Below, piece after piece: positions 9,918 to 19,252 of a DNA stretch of 64,000 bases; within the stretch, counting starts at the first letter, position 1, and each line of letters opens with the position of its first letter. Origin of the DNA: Treponemataceae bacterium. Lineage in GTDB: Bacteria; Spirochaetota; Spirochaetia; Treponematales; Rectinemataceae. The notes beneath the pieces are model-generated. The model saw only the letters and a program-made list of their open reading frames with translations, was not told the DNA's origin and searched no databases. The DNA is taken from the NCBI GenBank assembly GCA_963677895.2, contig CAXXGJ010000006.1:288001-352000 (forward strand), read 5' to 3'. The position numbers were made by a program, and so were the translations under genes.

Positions 9918-11114
9918 GTTCTCGACCTTGCGTTCCAGGTCGTCGATGCCGCAGTCGACGATATTCATCGCGTGGCGATTCACGACATCCATATCCTTCA
10001 TGCCCGAACCGGTGAGCAGGACCACGACGCGATCCTGGCTTTTTATTGCGCCGACGGCCCTCAGCGAACGCAGGGCGGCCAGGGTGGTCGCGCTTCCCGG
10101 TTCGACGAAGAACCCCGACCTCGCGTAGAGCAGCTGCGATTCGAGAATCTCCGCTTCGGAAGCCACTCCGGCGAGCCAGTCGAATTCCTTGGCTTTGGCG
10201 AGGATTTCCTCGCCGCCCGGAGGATTTCCCGAGGAGAGGGCTTCGGCGATCGTCGTGAAGTTCCGGAAGGGCGTTATTTTGCCGCTTCGCGCTTGTATCG
10301 CGCTCGCTATTGGGCTGTTGACCGCGGCCTGGACAACCACCATGCGAGGCAGGCGCGATATCAATCCCGCCGCGAAAAGCTCTCGGAATCCCTTGAATAT
10401 CCCCCTGATATGGCCGCAGGCCGAAGTAGGGACGACGATGAAATCGGGGACTTCTCCCCGTAGCGCTTCGAAAAGCTCGAAAGCTTCCATCTTGTAGCCT
10501 TCGACCCGTATAGGCCCGTTGCCCGATACGATGCGGAGCCCGAAACGGGAGGCCAGCTCGAGCGCCCGCAGTTTCATGTCCGCGTAATCGGCGCCGCGCA
10601 CTTTGATGATCTTCGCTCCATGAACGGCCATGGCGAGGGTTTTTTCGCGCGGCACGAACTCGGGTAAAAAGATAAGGACATCCAGACCGGCTCGCGCGCC
10701 GTAGGCGGCCATGGACTGCCCCATATTGCCGGTGGAAATGGTGGCCGTCATCGATTCGCCCTGTTCCTTCGCCATTATCGAGCAGGCGATCGATCCTCTA
10801 TCCTTGAAACTCCAGGTGGGGTTCGCCGTCTCGTTTTTGAGAAGCAGGTTCTCGACGCCGGTATAGGTTTTCAGGAGCGGACTAGCCTCTATCAGCGGCG
10901 TCGAGCCTTCGCCCAGAGACAATTCGGGATGCGTCTCCGCGAAGGGCATGAATTCGGCGAAACGCTCCCATACGCGGTTTCCCTGCCTGATGCGCGCTTT
11001 CTCGATGCCGGGCATGGCTACCTCGAGCGATTCGCGGTTTTCCGCGAACTCCTCGAGCCGGGCGAAGGGGTATTCGGTTCCTGAAATCGTCGACCGCAGA
11101 TGAATGTTTTTCAT
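9891..11114 (-). CDS. thrC: Threonine synthase (PLP fold type II)
   Basis: LSLGEGSTPL, NPTWSFKDRG (PLP lysine), STGNMG, LLTGSGMKD. Start at the ATG at 11114 after AGGAG. Confidence 0.8.
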   Translation of the reverse strand: MKNIHLRSTISGTEYPFARLEEFAENRESLEVAMPGIEKARIRQGNRVWERFAEFMPFAETHPELSLGEGSTPLIEASPLLKTYTGVENLLLKNETANPTWSFKDRGSIACSIMAKEQGESMTATISTGNMGQSMAAYGARAGLDVLIFLPEFVPREKTLAMAVHGAKIIKVRGADYADMKLRALELASRFGLRIVSGNGPIRVEGYKMEAFELFEALRGEVPDFIVVPTSACGHIRGIFKGFRELFAAGLISRLPRMVVVQAAVNSPIASAIQARSGKITPFRNFTTIAEALSSGNPPGGEEILAKAKEFDWLAGVASEAEILESQLLYARSGFFVEPGSATTLAALRSLRAVGAIKSQDRVVVLLTGSGMKDMDVVNRHAMNIVDCGIDDLERKVENSLARFADR

Positions 11115-11116
11115 TG

Positions 11117-11143
11117 TATCGCACTCCTGATATCGCACTCCTG
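11117..11143. repeat. 13-bp direct repeat that duplicates the thrC RBS
   Basis: TATCGCACTCCTG at 11117-11129 and 11131-11143 (CAGGAGTGCGATA on the minus strand). Confidence 0.85.
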
Positions 11144-11169
11144 GGCGTCGGTTACCTGGATGTCGGCTA

Positions 11170-11940
11170 TCAGTCCCGCCCGATGAGCTTCCGCACGACC
11201 TTCGAAGCGATGATGAGTCCGGCCACCGAGGGAACGAAGGAGACTGAGCCTGGGATGCTTCGCCTTCCGATACAGGTGCGGTCCTTTTTCGGACAGACGC
11301 AGTCCGTGCGGCAGGAATTCTTCGTTTCATCCACTTTTATGGGAATTTCCCTGGAATAGACCACGTCGAGCGCCGCGAGGCCCCGCTTCCGCAGTTCGTA
11401 GCGCATGACGCGAGCGAGGGGACAGACGGAGGTGTCATAGATATCGGCGATTTCCAGCCTGGTCGGATCGAGCTTATTGCCGGCGCCCAGGCAGCTTATG
11501 ATGGGAATGCCCATTTTCGTGGCATGCATGATGAGCTCGATCTTGGATGAGACGGTGTCGATCGCGTCCACGACATACGAAAGGCTTGGGCCGTCGGAAG
11601 CGCTCTGTCCAAGAAGGCGGGGTATGTTCTGGACATCGCAGTATTCCTGGAAGACTTCCACCTTGGCCTGAGGATTGATGTCCAGTATTCGAGCCTTCAT
11701 CACCTCGACCTTCGGTTTTCCGATCGTGGATCTGAGGGCGATGATCTGGCGGTTGATGTTGGTAAGGCAGACGCAGTCGTCGTCTACCAGGATGAAAGAG
11801 CCAACTCCCGAACGCGCGAGTCCTTCAACCGCATAGGCGCCGACCCCGCCTATGCCGAAAACCGCCACTTTTGAGGCGGCCAGTGTTTTCATCGCTTCGG
11901 CGCCTAGCAGGAGTTCGGTTCGGGAAAACGCATCGAGCAT
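11170..11940 (-). CDS. tcdA: tRNA threonylcarbamoyladenosine dehydratase (ThiF family)
   Basis: FSRTELLLG, VFGIGGVG, TNINRQI, GAGNKLDP, CPLARVMR, PGSVSFVPSVAG. Confidence 0.9.
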   Translation of the reverse strand: MLDAFSRTELLLGAEAMKTLAASKVAVFGIGGVGAYAVEGLARSGVGSFILVDDDCVCLTNINRQIIALRSTIGKPKVEVMKARILDINPQAKVEVFQEYCDVQNIPRLLGQSASDGPSLSYVVDAIDTVSSKIELIMHATKMGIPIISCLGAGNKLDPTRLEIADIYDTSVCPLARVMRYELRKRGLAALDVVYSREIPIKVDETKNSCRTDCVCPKKDRTCIGRRSIPGSVSFVPSVAGLIIASKVVRKLIGRD

Positions 11941-12132
11941 AGAGTCGATCCTATAGAGGTGGCGAGCGACGGGTCAAGTATCCCCTGTCCGCTTGCCCGT
12001 TCCTGCCTAGGAAGCGCCAATGCATAAAAATTCGCGAATACCTCGATTCTTTGTTGATTTGCCCTTTTCTAGGCAGTCCCGTTCAGGTAGTATGAATAAA
12101 TTTTTGTCCAAATAAACTGGAGGGGAGATACA

Positions 12133-13452
12133 ATGGCAAAGTCAGCGGAGAAAGTGATTGGCTACTTACCGGACGAGACCCCATCGACGGGAAAACTGCT
12201 TCTGTTCGCGTTTCAGCAGCTGCTCGTAATGTTTCCGGCCACGGTGACCGTCGCGCTTCTGACGGGATTCCACATCTCGACCACGATTTTCGCGAGCGGA
12301 TTCGCGACGCTTTCGTTCCTGTTCGTGACGAAGGGAAAGATTCCTCTCTATTACGGATCGAGCTTTTCCTACATCGCGGCGATCATCAGCATCACGGGCG
12401 TAACGTCCGGTCTCGCTCCCGACAACCTGATCTCCGCCGCCCAGTTCGGCATCATCATGTCGGGCCTCGTATCCATAGCGGTCGGCCTCATCGTCAGCCG
12501 CTTCGGGATGGACATCATCGAAAAGGTTCTTCCCGCCACGGTAACCGGGGCCATCGCTATGGTCATCGGCATTTCGCTCGCGGGAATCGCCATCACGAGC
12601 GCCGCCGGTTATTCAGGTGGAGCGGCGAACGACAAGGCATGGATCGCGGCTCTGGTCACTCTCTTCGCCACGATCGGTTTTTCCGTATACCTGAAAGGCG
12701 TATGGGGCCAACTGCCCATCCTGTTCGGCATCCTGGTCGGATATATCGTCAGCATCCCGCTCGGAATTATTGATTTCGGCGCGATCTGGACAGGCACGGT
12801 CATCGAAATGCCGCACTTCACCCTTCCCGTCGCGAACTGGGCGGCTGTTGCCGCGATCATGCCCATCGCGATCGCGACTATCCCTGAATCCACCGCTCAC
12901 TTGTTCCAGCTCGATATCTACGTAAACGACCTGGCGAAGAAGAAGGGCAAGGGCGTGTACAAGATAGCGGAGAAGCTGGGACTCAACCTGATCGGCGACG
13001 GCATCGGCGATATCGTGGCTTCCCTGTTCGGCGGACCGGCCGGCACGAATTACGGCGAAAACATCTCCACCATGGCGATCACGAAAAACTTTTCCGTGAA
13101 AGTTCTTGGCGGGGCAGCGATCATGGCTATCGTGCTTTCGTTCTTCCAGCCGCTCTCCAACGCGATCAGATCGATCCCGGGCCCCGTCATCAACGGCGCC
13201 TGCGTCTACCTCTTCGGCGTCATCGGGGCGCAGGGCGTGGCGATCATGATCAACAAGAAGGTCGATCTTTTCGACGCGAGAAACCTCGCCGTCATAGCCG
13301 TCATCCTCGTGGTGGGGCTCGGCGGAAATTACGGTTTCCCGAACGGAATGATCCCGATCTTCGGAATGCAGCTTCCCGCCATCGCCACCGCGGCGACGGT
13401 CGGCATCGTACTGAACCTGGCGCTGTCCATCGGCCGCAGGAAGAACGCGTAA
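12133..13452 (+). CDS. NCS2 uracil/xanthine permease, UraA/PyrP-like
   Basis: PLYYGSSFSY, ESTAH, TNYGENI signature, LFGVIGAQG. Confidence 0.9.
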   Translation: MAKSAEKVIGYLPDETPSTGKLLLFAFQQLLVMFPATVTVALLTGFHISTTIFASGFATLSFLFVTKGKIPLYYGSSFSYIAAIISITGVTSGLAPDNLISAAQFGIIMSGLVSIAVGLIVSRFGMDIIEKVLPATVTGAIAMVIGISLAGIAITSAAGYSGGAANDKAWIAALVTLFATIGFSVYLKGVWGQLPILFGILVGYIVSIPLGIIDFGAIWTGTVIEMPHFTLPVANWAAVAAIMPIAIATIPESTAHLFQLDIYVNDLAKKKGKGVYKIAEKLGLNLIGDGIGDIVASLFGGPAGTNYGENISTMAITKNFSVKVLGGAAIMAIVLSFFQPLSNAIRSIPGPVINGACVYLFGVIGAQGVAIMINKKVDLFDARNLAVIAVILVVGLGGNYGFPNGMIPIFGMQLPAIATAATVGIVLNLALSIGRRKNA

Positions 13453-13523
13453 ACGACGATAGGGGGAAGATTAGGAGTCCGATTTCAGCGTAGTGCGGTT
13501 CATTGAAAAATGAGGAGTAAAAC

Positions 13524-15104
13524 GTGAAAGTATACGAAGGTTCCATTGTCACCTGTGATTCCGCGGGCAGCGTCGCTCGATTCCTGGTGGAGGATGGGGG
13601 AAAGATAGCCTTCGTGGGCAACGATCTTCCCAGCAAGTATGCCGGGGCGCCGAAGGAGCGGCTCCTTGAAAGAGCCCTCCTTCCCGCTTTTGGCGACACG
13701 CATATCCATTTCATGTCCTACGCTCTTTTCTTGGCGGGGCTCGATGTCCGCCACCTGAAAACCATCGCCGATACCCGCGACGCCATCGCCGATTTCGCGC
13801 GTAAGCGTTCGCCATCCATCGTCTTTGGTTTTGGCGCTTCGGCTTACGGCGTCAAGGAAAGACGCCTCCTTACGAGGGAAGATATAGACGCCGCCTGTCC
13901 CGACCGACCGGTTTTCATCGTGAAATACGACGGCCACGCTGGCATAGCCAATTCTGCGCTCATCGCCCAGGTGAGGGAGAAGCTCGGCGCATTGCGAGGC
14001 TTCAACGCGGACTCGGGGCTGATGACGCAGGATGCCTTCTTCCGGCTTACCGATACGGTTACCGGCAAGGTGTCCCTGCCAGCGACCCTCGGCAACATGC
14101 TCGCCGGCATCGATACCCTGGCCGGTTACGGCGTCGGTCTGGTGCATTCGGTGACCGGCATAGGCTTTCCCGCCGATATGGATGTAACCCTCGAAAGCCT
14201 ATTTGCCCGGGGCCTCGCCAATCCGCTCGCCTATCGCATCTTCTTCCAGACTATGAATGTGAGCAAAGTCCTCAAGCGAAGGCTTCCGCGCATCGGCGGC
14301 TGTTTCGCGACGGCGCTCGACGGATGTTACGGCTCCGTGGACGCCGCGATGCTCAAGCCCTACGAGGCGGCCGCGGGCCTGCTTCCCGAGCAGGCCAAGG
14401 GCATTCTCTACTATTCCGATGAGCGAGCGGCTGCCTTCTGCCGTGAAGCGAACCGCGCTGGCCTCCAGATAGAGATGCACGCCATCGGCGACGCCGCTTT
14501 TGAGCAGGCTGTGTCGGCCATCGCGGCCGCTCTCGCCGATTTTCCACGCGAGGACCACCGACATACCATTATCCACGCCTGCCTGCCCACGATTAGCGGC
14601 CTTGAAACCTGCGCTAAACTCGGCATCCGCCTTTCGATTCAGCCCGGTTTTCTCTATTGGGAACAGGAGCCTCTCGAGTATATCGAGTCGATCATGGGCC
14701 GAAGGGCTTTCGACATATCGCCGCTCAGGACGATGGTCGATATGGGCATTGAGCTTTCGGGCGGATCGGACGCGCCCTGCACGGTGCCGGATCCGATCGA
14801 GGGCATTTGGGCGGCCTGCAATCACTATGTACCGGGACAATCCCTTACCATTCAAGAATCGCTCAATCTCTATACGCGCAACGCCGCGCGGGGCTCTTTC
14901 GACGAAAGCGAACGGGGAAGCCTCGAGACGGGGAAGTTGGCCGATATGGTCGTGCTGAATCGCGATCCGCTTTCCATGGCGCCGGCCGATCTGCGCTCGC
15001 TCAAGGTCGAGCAACTTCTCCTCGAAGGGAAACCCTATATTCCAGGCCAGGGCAAGGCAAGCCTCATCGCGCGCGGACTCATGAATGGAGGCGGAGGCAT
15101 TTAG
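13524..15104 (+). CDS. Amidohydrolase-3 (YtcJ-like) metallohydrolase
   Basis: DTHIH, YDGH, HAIGD, IIHA, GSDAP, GSLETGKLADMVVL. Confidence 0.9.
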   Translation: MKVYEGSIVTCDSAGSVARFLVEDGGKIAFVGNDLPSKYAGAPKERLLERALLPAFGDTHIHFMSYALFLAGLDVRHLKTIADTRDAIADFARKRSPSIVFGFGASAYGVKERRLLTREDIDAACPDRPVFIVKYDGHAGIANSALIAQVREKLGALRGFNADSGLMTQDAFFRLTDTVTGKVSLPATLGNMLAGIDTLAGYGVGLVHSVTGIGFPADMDVTLESLFARGLANPLAYRIFFQTMNVSKVLKRRLPRIGGCFATALDGCYGSVDAAMLKPYEAAAGLLPEQAKGILYYSDERAAAFCREANRAGLQIEMHAIGDAAFEQAVSAIAAALADFPREDHRHTIIHACLPTISGLETCAKLGIRLSIQPGFLYWEQEPLEYIESIMGRRAFDISPLRTMVDMGIELSGGSDAPCTVPDPIEGIWAACNHYVPGQSLTIQESLNLYTRNAARGSFDESERGSLETGKLADMVVLNRDPLSMAPADLRSLKVEQLLLEGKPYIPGQGKASLIARGLMNGGGGI

Positions 15105-15135
15105 CGTAAATTGTCAGCCTTAAAGGGCGGAAGAG

Positions 15136-15172
15136 AATGAGGGCTGTCCGGATATCCCGGGCAGCCCTCATT
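15136..15172. terminator. Hairpin between convergent genes, probable terminator
   Basis: AATGAGGGCTG...CAGCCCTCATT inverted repeat. Confidence 0.65.
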
Positions 15173-15258
15173 TCATTGCCGCGGCAGGTAAGTCATTGCC
15201 GTAGCGGGCTCGGCATTGCCACGACAAGCAAGAACGGGCGAGCGTCGCCGCTCGATCG

Positions 15259-16581
15259 CTACTTCCCCGCGTAAAGGTTCGGCAGCCAAACGGCGATTTG
15301 CGGGAAAATCATGATGAGCGCCAGGCCGATTACCATCAGGAAAACGAAGGGCACCACCGATCGATAGATGTCGCTCAACGAGATTTCCTTGGGCGCCATC
15401 GCCTTCATCAGGAATAGGTTGTAGCCGAAGGGAGGCGTCAGGTAGGCGATCTGACAGGTGACGGTGTAGAGAACGCCGTACCAGATCGGATCGAATCCCA
15501 GTTTGATGATGAGTGGAATATAGAGCGGAGCCACGATGATGAGCATCGCGGTGTCGTCCAGGAACATGCCCATCAGGATAAAGGATAGCTGCATCATTAT
15601 GATGACGCCCCAGCGCCCGAAGCCGTTGGAGAGAAAGAGATCCTTGATGGCGTTGACCGCTCCGAGCCCGTCGAAGATGGCGCCGAAGGCAAGGGCGGCG
15701 AGAATGACCCACATGAACATGCAGCTCACGCTCAGGGTATCGGTCAGGACTTCCAGCATGACTTTCTTGGTCAAGCGCTTCTTCAGGAGTCCGGCTATCG
15801 TGGTGACGACAGCGCCGACGGCGGAGCTTTCGACCAGATTCGTGATGCCCATGAAGAAGAGTCCGGACATCATGAAGATGATGAAGATGGGCAGGATGCC
15901 CGCTTTCAGCAGTTTCAGCTTTTGGGCCAGCGGCATCTGCCGTTCTTCCTTCGGAAGGACGGGGCCGAGCTTGGGGTTGATGATGCAGCGCACCAGTATG
16001 TAAATGATGAAGATCGCGGCGAGCATGAGGCCGGGGAAGACGCCGGCCAGCCACAACTTGCTGACGGGCTGCCGCGCGATCATGCCGTAGAGGACGAGGA
16101 CGACGCTCGGAGGAATCATGATGCCCAGCGAGCTGCCGGCTTGTATCACGCCGGTCACCATTTTCTTGTCGTATTTTCTCTTGAGCATCTCCGGGAGCGC
16201 GATGCTGGATCCCACAGCCATGCCTGCCACGCTCAAACCGTTGATCGCCGATATGATCGACATGAGAATGACCGTTCCGATGGCCAATCCGCCGGGTACG
16301 GGACCCATCCAGACATGGATCAAGTCATAGAGATCGTCCGCGATGCCCGATTTGGCGAACATGTACCCTATGTAGATGAATATGGGAAGCGTGAGCAAAG
16401 GGTACCAGACGAGGAGCTGAAAGCTCGCCTGGAAGGACATGCCTATGCCGCCTTTCCCCCAGAGGAGGACGGCGAAAATCGCGCCGACCCCGCCTATGAC
16501 CGCGAAAATATGTCGGCCGGTGAGAAGGAGAACTATCATCGACGAAAACATCAGTATCGCCATCAATCCATAGCCGGTCAT
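15259..16581 (-). CDS. dctM: TRAP transporter large permease
   Basis: IALPEMLKRKY, SLGIMIPPSVVLVLYG, GFDPIWYG, LTPPFGYNLF. Confidence 0.93.
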   Translation of the reverse strand: MTGYGLMAILMFSSMIVLLLTGRHIFAVIGGVGAIFAVLLWGKGGIGMSFQASFQLLVWYPLLTLPIFIYIGYMFAKSGIADDLYDLIHVWMGPVPGGLAIGTVILMSIISAINGLSVAGMAVGSSIALPEMLKRKYDKKMVTGVIQAGSSLGIMIPPSVVLVLYGMIARQPVSKLWLAGVFPGLMLAAIFIIYILVRCIINPKLGPVLPKEERQMPLAQKLKLLKAGILPIFIIFMMSGLFFMGITNLVESSAVGAVVTTIAGLLKKRLTKKVMLEVLTDTLSVSCMFMWVILAALAFGAIFDGLGAVNAIKDLFLSNGFGRWGVIIMMQLSFILMGMFLDDTAMLIIVAPLYIPLIIKLGFDPIWYGVLYTVTCQIAYLTPPFGYNLFLMKAMAPKEISLSDIYRSVVPFVFLMVIGLALIMIFPQIAVWLPNLYAGK

Positions 16582-17120
16582 TTTTTACCCTCTTCTTTGG
16601 GTTTCTCTCCCCTGAGATCCTCGCCCCTGAGCGTCGCGATATCCTTGATGAACTCGGATATCACCTGGAGGAGCATGAGGATGATGCCCGCGACCATGAA
16701 TATCTTCACGGGGAGCACTTTCGGCGCCCATGAGGAATAGGTGACCTGGCCGTATCGGGCGGCGTACTGGATGCCCTGTATGCCGCCGATGATGAGGACG
16801 ACGACATAGAAGAGGATGATGGGAAACGTTATCACGTCGGAGAGCGCCTTTCTTTTCGGGGACCACTTGTCGTAGAAGACATCCATGCGGACATGGCCTC
16901 CCAGAAGCAGCGCGGACGCGCCTCCGAGAAGGTAATAGGGCGCCATGAAAAACTGGGTCAATTCCACGGCCCAGACATTGGGCTTGTTGAAGATAGTCCG
17001 CGTGATCGTATCGTAGAGCAGAATTCCCATCATTACGAATATCAGATACATCACGATCTTGCCGACCCACTTGCTCGTCGCGTCGACATATTTTACATAG
17101 GTTTTTGCCGCCTTGATCAT
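16578..17120 (-). CDS. dctQ: TRAP transporter small permease
   Basis: 4 TM helices, WAVEL, HVRMDVFY; start at the ATG at 17120 after GGAGG. Confidence 0.9.
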   Translation of the reverse strand: MIKAAKTYVKYVDATSKWVGKIVMYLIFVMMGILLYDTITRTIFNKPNVWAVELTQFFMAPYYLLGGASALLLGGHVRMDVFYDKWSPKRKALSDVITFPIILFYVVVLIIGGIQGIQYAARYGQVTYSSWAPKVLPVKIFMVAGIILMLLQVISEFIKDIATLRGEDLRGEKPKEEGKK

Positions 17121-17157
17121 CGAAACCTCCTGATGATGGATCCGAGGTGTCAAATAA

Positions 17158-17191
17158 CCCCTATCCGGCGGGAAGAAAAGCCGGATAGGGG
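17158..17191. other. Intercistronic stem-loop after dctP (mRNA stabiliser or partial terminator)
   Basis: CCCCTATCCGGC/GCCGGATAGGGG 12-bp stem. Confidence 0.6.
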
Positions 17192-17231
17192 AATCAGTAG
17201 TCCGGGATGAAGTACTTGCATCATGCCTGCA

Positions 17232-18323
17232 TCAGTACCTGTAGGGAGCTCCCGCTTTTTTCATGGTCGCGTCGTATTTTTTCAGTATTTCGACGACCCT
17301 TGCGTTTCTGGGGCTCTTCTTCGCGGCCTCGTCCCAGAATTTCAGCGCCGCATCCTCAACGACTTTCCATTCCTTGTCGGGAATGGTCGTAAGTTCGAGC
17401 TTTCCGCCGTTCACGCGGTAGTTGGCTTCGCCGTACCAGTACCAATGGAGCCTATAGTAGTGCGACTTGTCGATGGCCAGCCTGACCAGCTGCTGCAGAT
17501 GGGGAGGGATCTTGTTCCAGGCGTCGGTATTGACGAACCAGCCGCCGGACCAGGCGCCCGAGATCGGGTTCGTCAGATAATACTTCGTGACATCGGCCCA
17601 GCCGACCGTGTAGTCTTCGGTGATACCCGACCAGGCGACGCCGTCGAGCATGCCGGTCTGCAGCGCCATCTCCACGTCCTCATAAGGCATGACGACGGGT
17701 ACGACGCCGAACTGCTGCATGAACTGTCCGCCTGTGGGGAACATGTACATCCTCAAGCCCTTGAAGTCCTTGATCGATCGGATGGGTTTCGTCGTGGCGA
17801 AGTTGCATGGATCCCAGCTTCCCTGGCTGAGCCAGGTGACGCCTTTCACTTCGTCGTAGGCTTCCTTCCATATTTCATTCAAACCATACCAGTTCCATAG
17901 GACGTTGACGTCGAGGCCGTACCTGGCCGCCAGCGGGAAGTAGGCGCCGAAAATCCGCACATCGACGGGCGACGCCATTGAGTCGTCGTCGCTGACGGCC
18001 ATATCGACCGTGCCTTCCTGCAAGGCCCTGAAGAGCTCGCCGTGCGGAACGAGCTGATCAGCGGTATACACATCGATGATCATCTCCCCGTTCGCGGCGA
18101 TATTGAACTCGTCGATGGCGTTTTTGACCACATGGTCATTCAAGGCAGGTCCGGCATATGACTGGAGCCTCCACCTGATGACATCCTTTTTGGCTTCTCC
18201 CTGGGCTGGGCCTTCAGCTACTTTTTCCTTCGCGCCGCAGGCGCCCAGGATTAAAGCGAATCCTACCGCAATTGCCATGAGGATCAGGAATTTCGTATGC
18301 TTTCCCTTGACTCCGGATTTCAT
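17232..18323 (-). CDS. dctP: TRAP substrate-binding lipoprotein lacking the carboxylate-binding Arg
   Basis: Lipobox ILGA-C; WRLQSY, ALQEGTVD, DFKGLRMYMFP, ALQTGMLDG. Confidence 0.9.
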   Translation of the reverse strand: MKSGVKGKHTKFLILMAIAVGFALILGACGAKEKVAEGPAQGEAKKDVIRWRLQSYAGPALNDHVVKNAIDEFNIAANGEMIIDVYTADQLVPHGELFRALQEGTVDMAVSDDDSMASPVDVRIFGAYFPLAARYGLDVNVLWNWYGLNEIWKEAYDEVKGVTWLSQGSWDPCNFATTKPIRSIKDFKGLRMYMFPTGGQFMQQFGVVPVVMPYEDVEMALQTGMLDGVAWSGITEDYTVGWADVTKYYLTNPISGAWSGGWFVNTDAWNKIPPHLQQLVRLAIDKSHYYRLHWYWYGEANYRVNGGKLELTTIPDKEWKVVEDAALKFWDEAAKKSPRNARVVEILKKYDATMKKAGAPYRY

Positions 18324-18454
18324 AGCGCCCCCTTATGAGGTGAACCAGACTTGTATACAGGAAAACCTGTAACAGCTAACTCTTAGCCGATATTTTGCGT
18401 TCGTCAAGGATGTTTTTTTAAATTCGTCAAAAAAAATTGCAATATTTATTCAAG

Positions 18455-18563
18455 TGGAACAAATTTTGCGCGTTATCCGCCGTGGCGCTGAGGCCGGTTG
18501 TTTGATATCAAATTTTTACAAAATAAATATTTGTTGACAACGGCGTATATGTCGGCATATTCT
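18455..18563 (+). promoter_or_regulatory. Candidate sigma54 and sigma70 promoters with a palindrome, upstream of the Mo-enzyme operon
   Basis: TGGAAC-N5-TTGC (18455-18469); TTTGATATCAAA (18501-18512); TTGACA-18 nt-TATTCT (18534-18563). Confidence 0.5.
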
Positions 18564-18682
18564 TGAACATCATTATCATGTATGCCTGCAGTGTGTTTTT
18601 CGCATGCACATGGCATCAGCCGCATATGACGTCTCGATAGCGAAAGCACGCCGTTGGCCGACATCGATAGGGAAGGAAGGCC

Positions 18683-19252
18683 ATGCCAAGCAAGAAAGAA
18701 GAAGTCATGAGTGGTGTGTCGGGACCGGATGGCAAGACAGCGGCGCAATGCCGCGAAATACGTATCCGCGTCAATGGCTCGTGGCGAAGCTTCAAACTTG
18801 AAGGCGACCTCGACAATGCCACGACGCTCTCCTACCTGTTGCGGGAAAAGCTGGGATATACAGGACTCAAGGTCTCCTGCGATGAGGGTGCCTGCGGCGC
18901 CTGTACCGTCATCATGGGCGGCACAGCCGTGCTCTCGTGCATGGTGTTGGCCATCGAGGCCGACGGCAAGGAAGTCCTCACCATCGAAGGCCTGCCCAAG
19001 GACGATCCCGTCGTCGAAGCCTTCGCCGAACAGTCCGAACCGGGCTACGGCACCGCCATGCAGTGCGGCTACTGCACTCCCGGCTTCGTCATGACATCGA
19101 GAGCCCTCCTCAACGCCAACCCCACCCCGACGCTCGCCGAGGTGAAGGATGCCCTGGCGGGCAATATCTGCCGCTGCGGCTGCTACGCCGGAATCGCGCA
19201 GGCAGTGATGCGCGCCTCCGAGAAGATCGCGGCCAGAAGGAGCGTCAAATGA
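18683..19252 (+). CDS. Xanthine-dehydrogenase-family 2x[2Fe-2S] small subunit
   Basis: CDEGACGAC..SC, QCGYCTPG, GNICRCGCY; alternative start at 18707. Confidence 0.95.
   Translation: MPSKKEEVMSGVSGPDGKTAAQCREIRIRVNGSWRSFKLEGDLDNATTLSYLLREKLGYTGLKVSCDEGACGACTVIMGGTAVLSCMVLAIEADGKEVLTIEGLPKDDPVVEAFAEQSEPGYGTAMQCGYCTPGFVMTSRALLNANPTPTLAEVKDALAGNICRCGCYAGIAQAVMRASEKIAARRSVK

Noticed and set aside
12060..12100. AGTCCCGTTCAGG upstream of the uracil permease as a PyrR site
   Set aside because: Poor match to AGUCCnGnGAGG, and no attenuator hairpin before the start.
18937..19248. N-terminal extension of the 1691-aa ORF
   Set aside because: Overlaps the [2Fe-2S] gene out of frame; the real start is 19249 (AGGAG, ATGA overlap).
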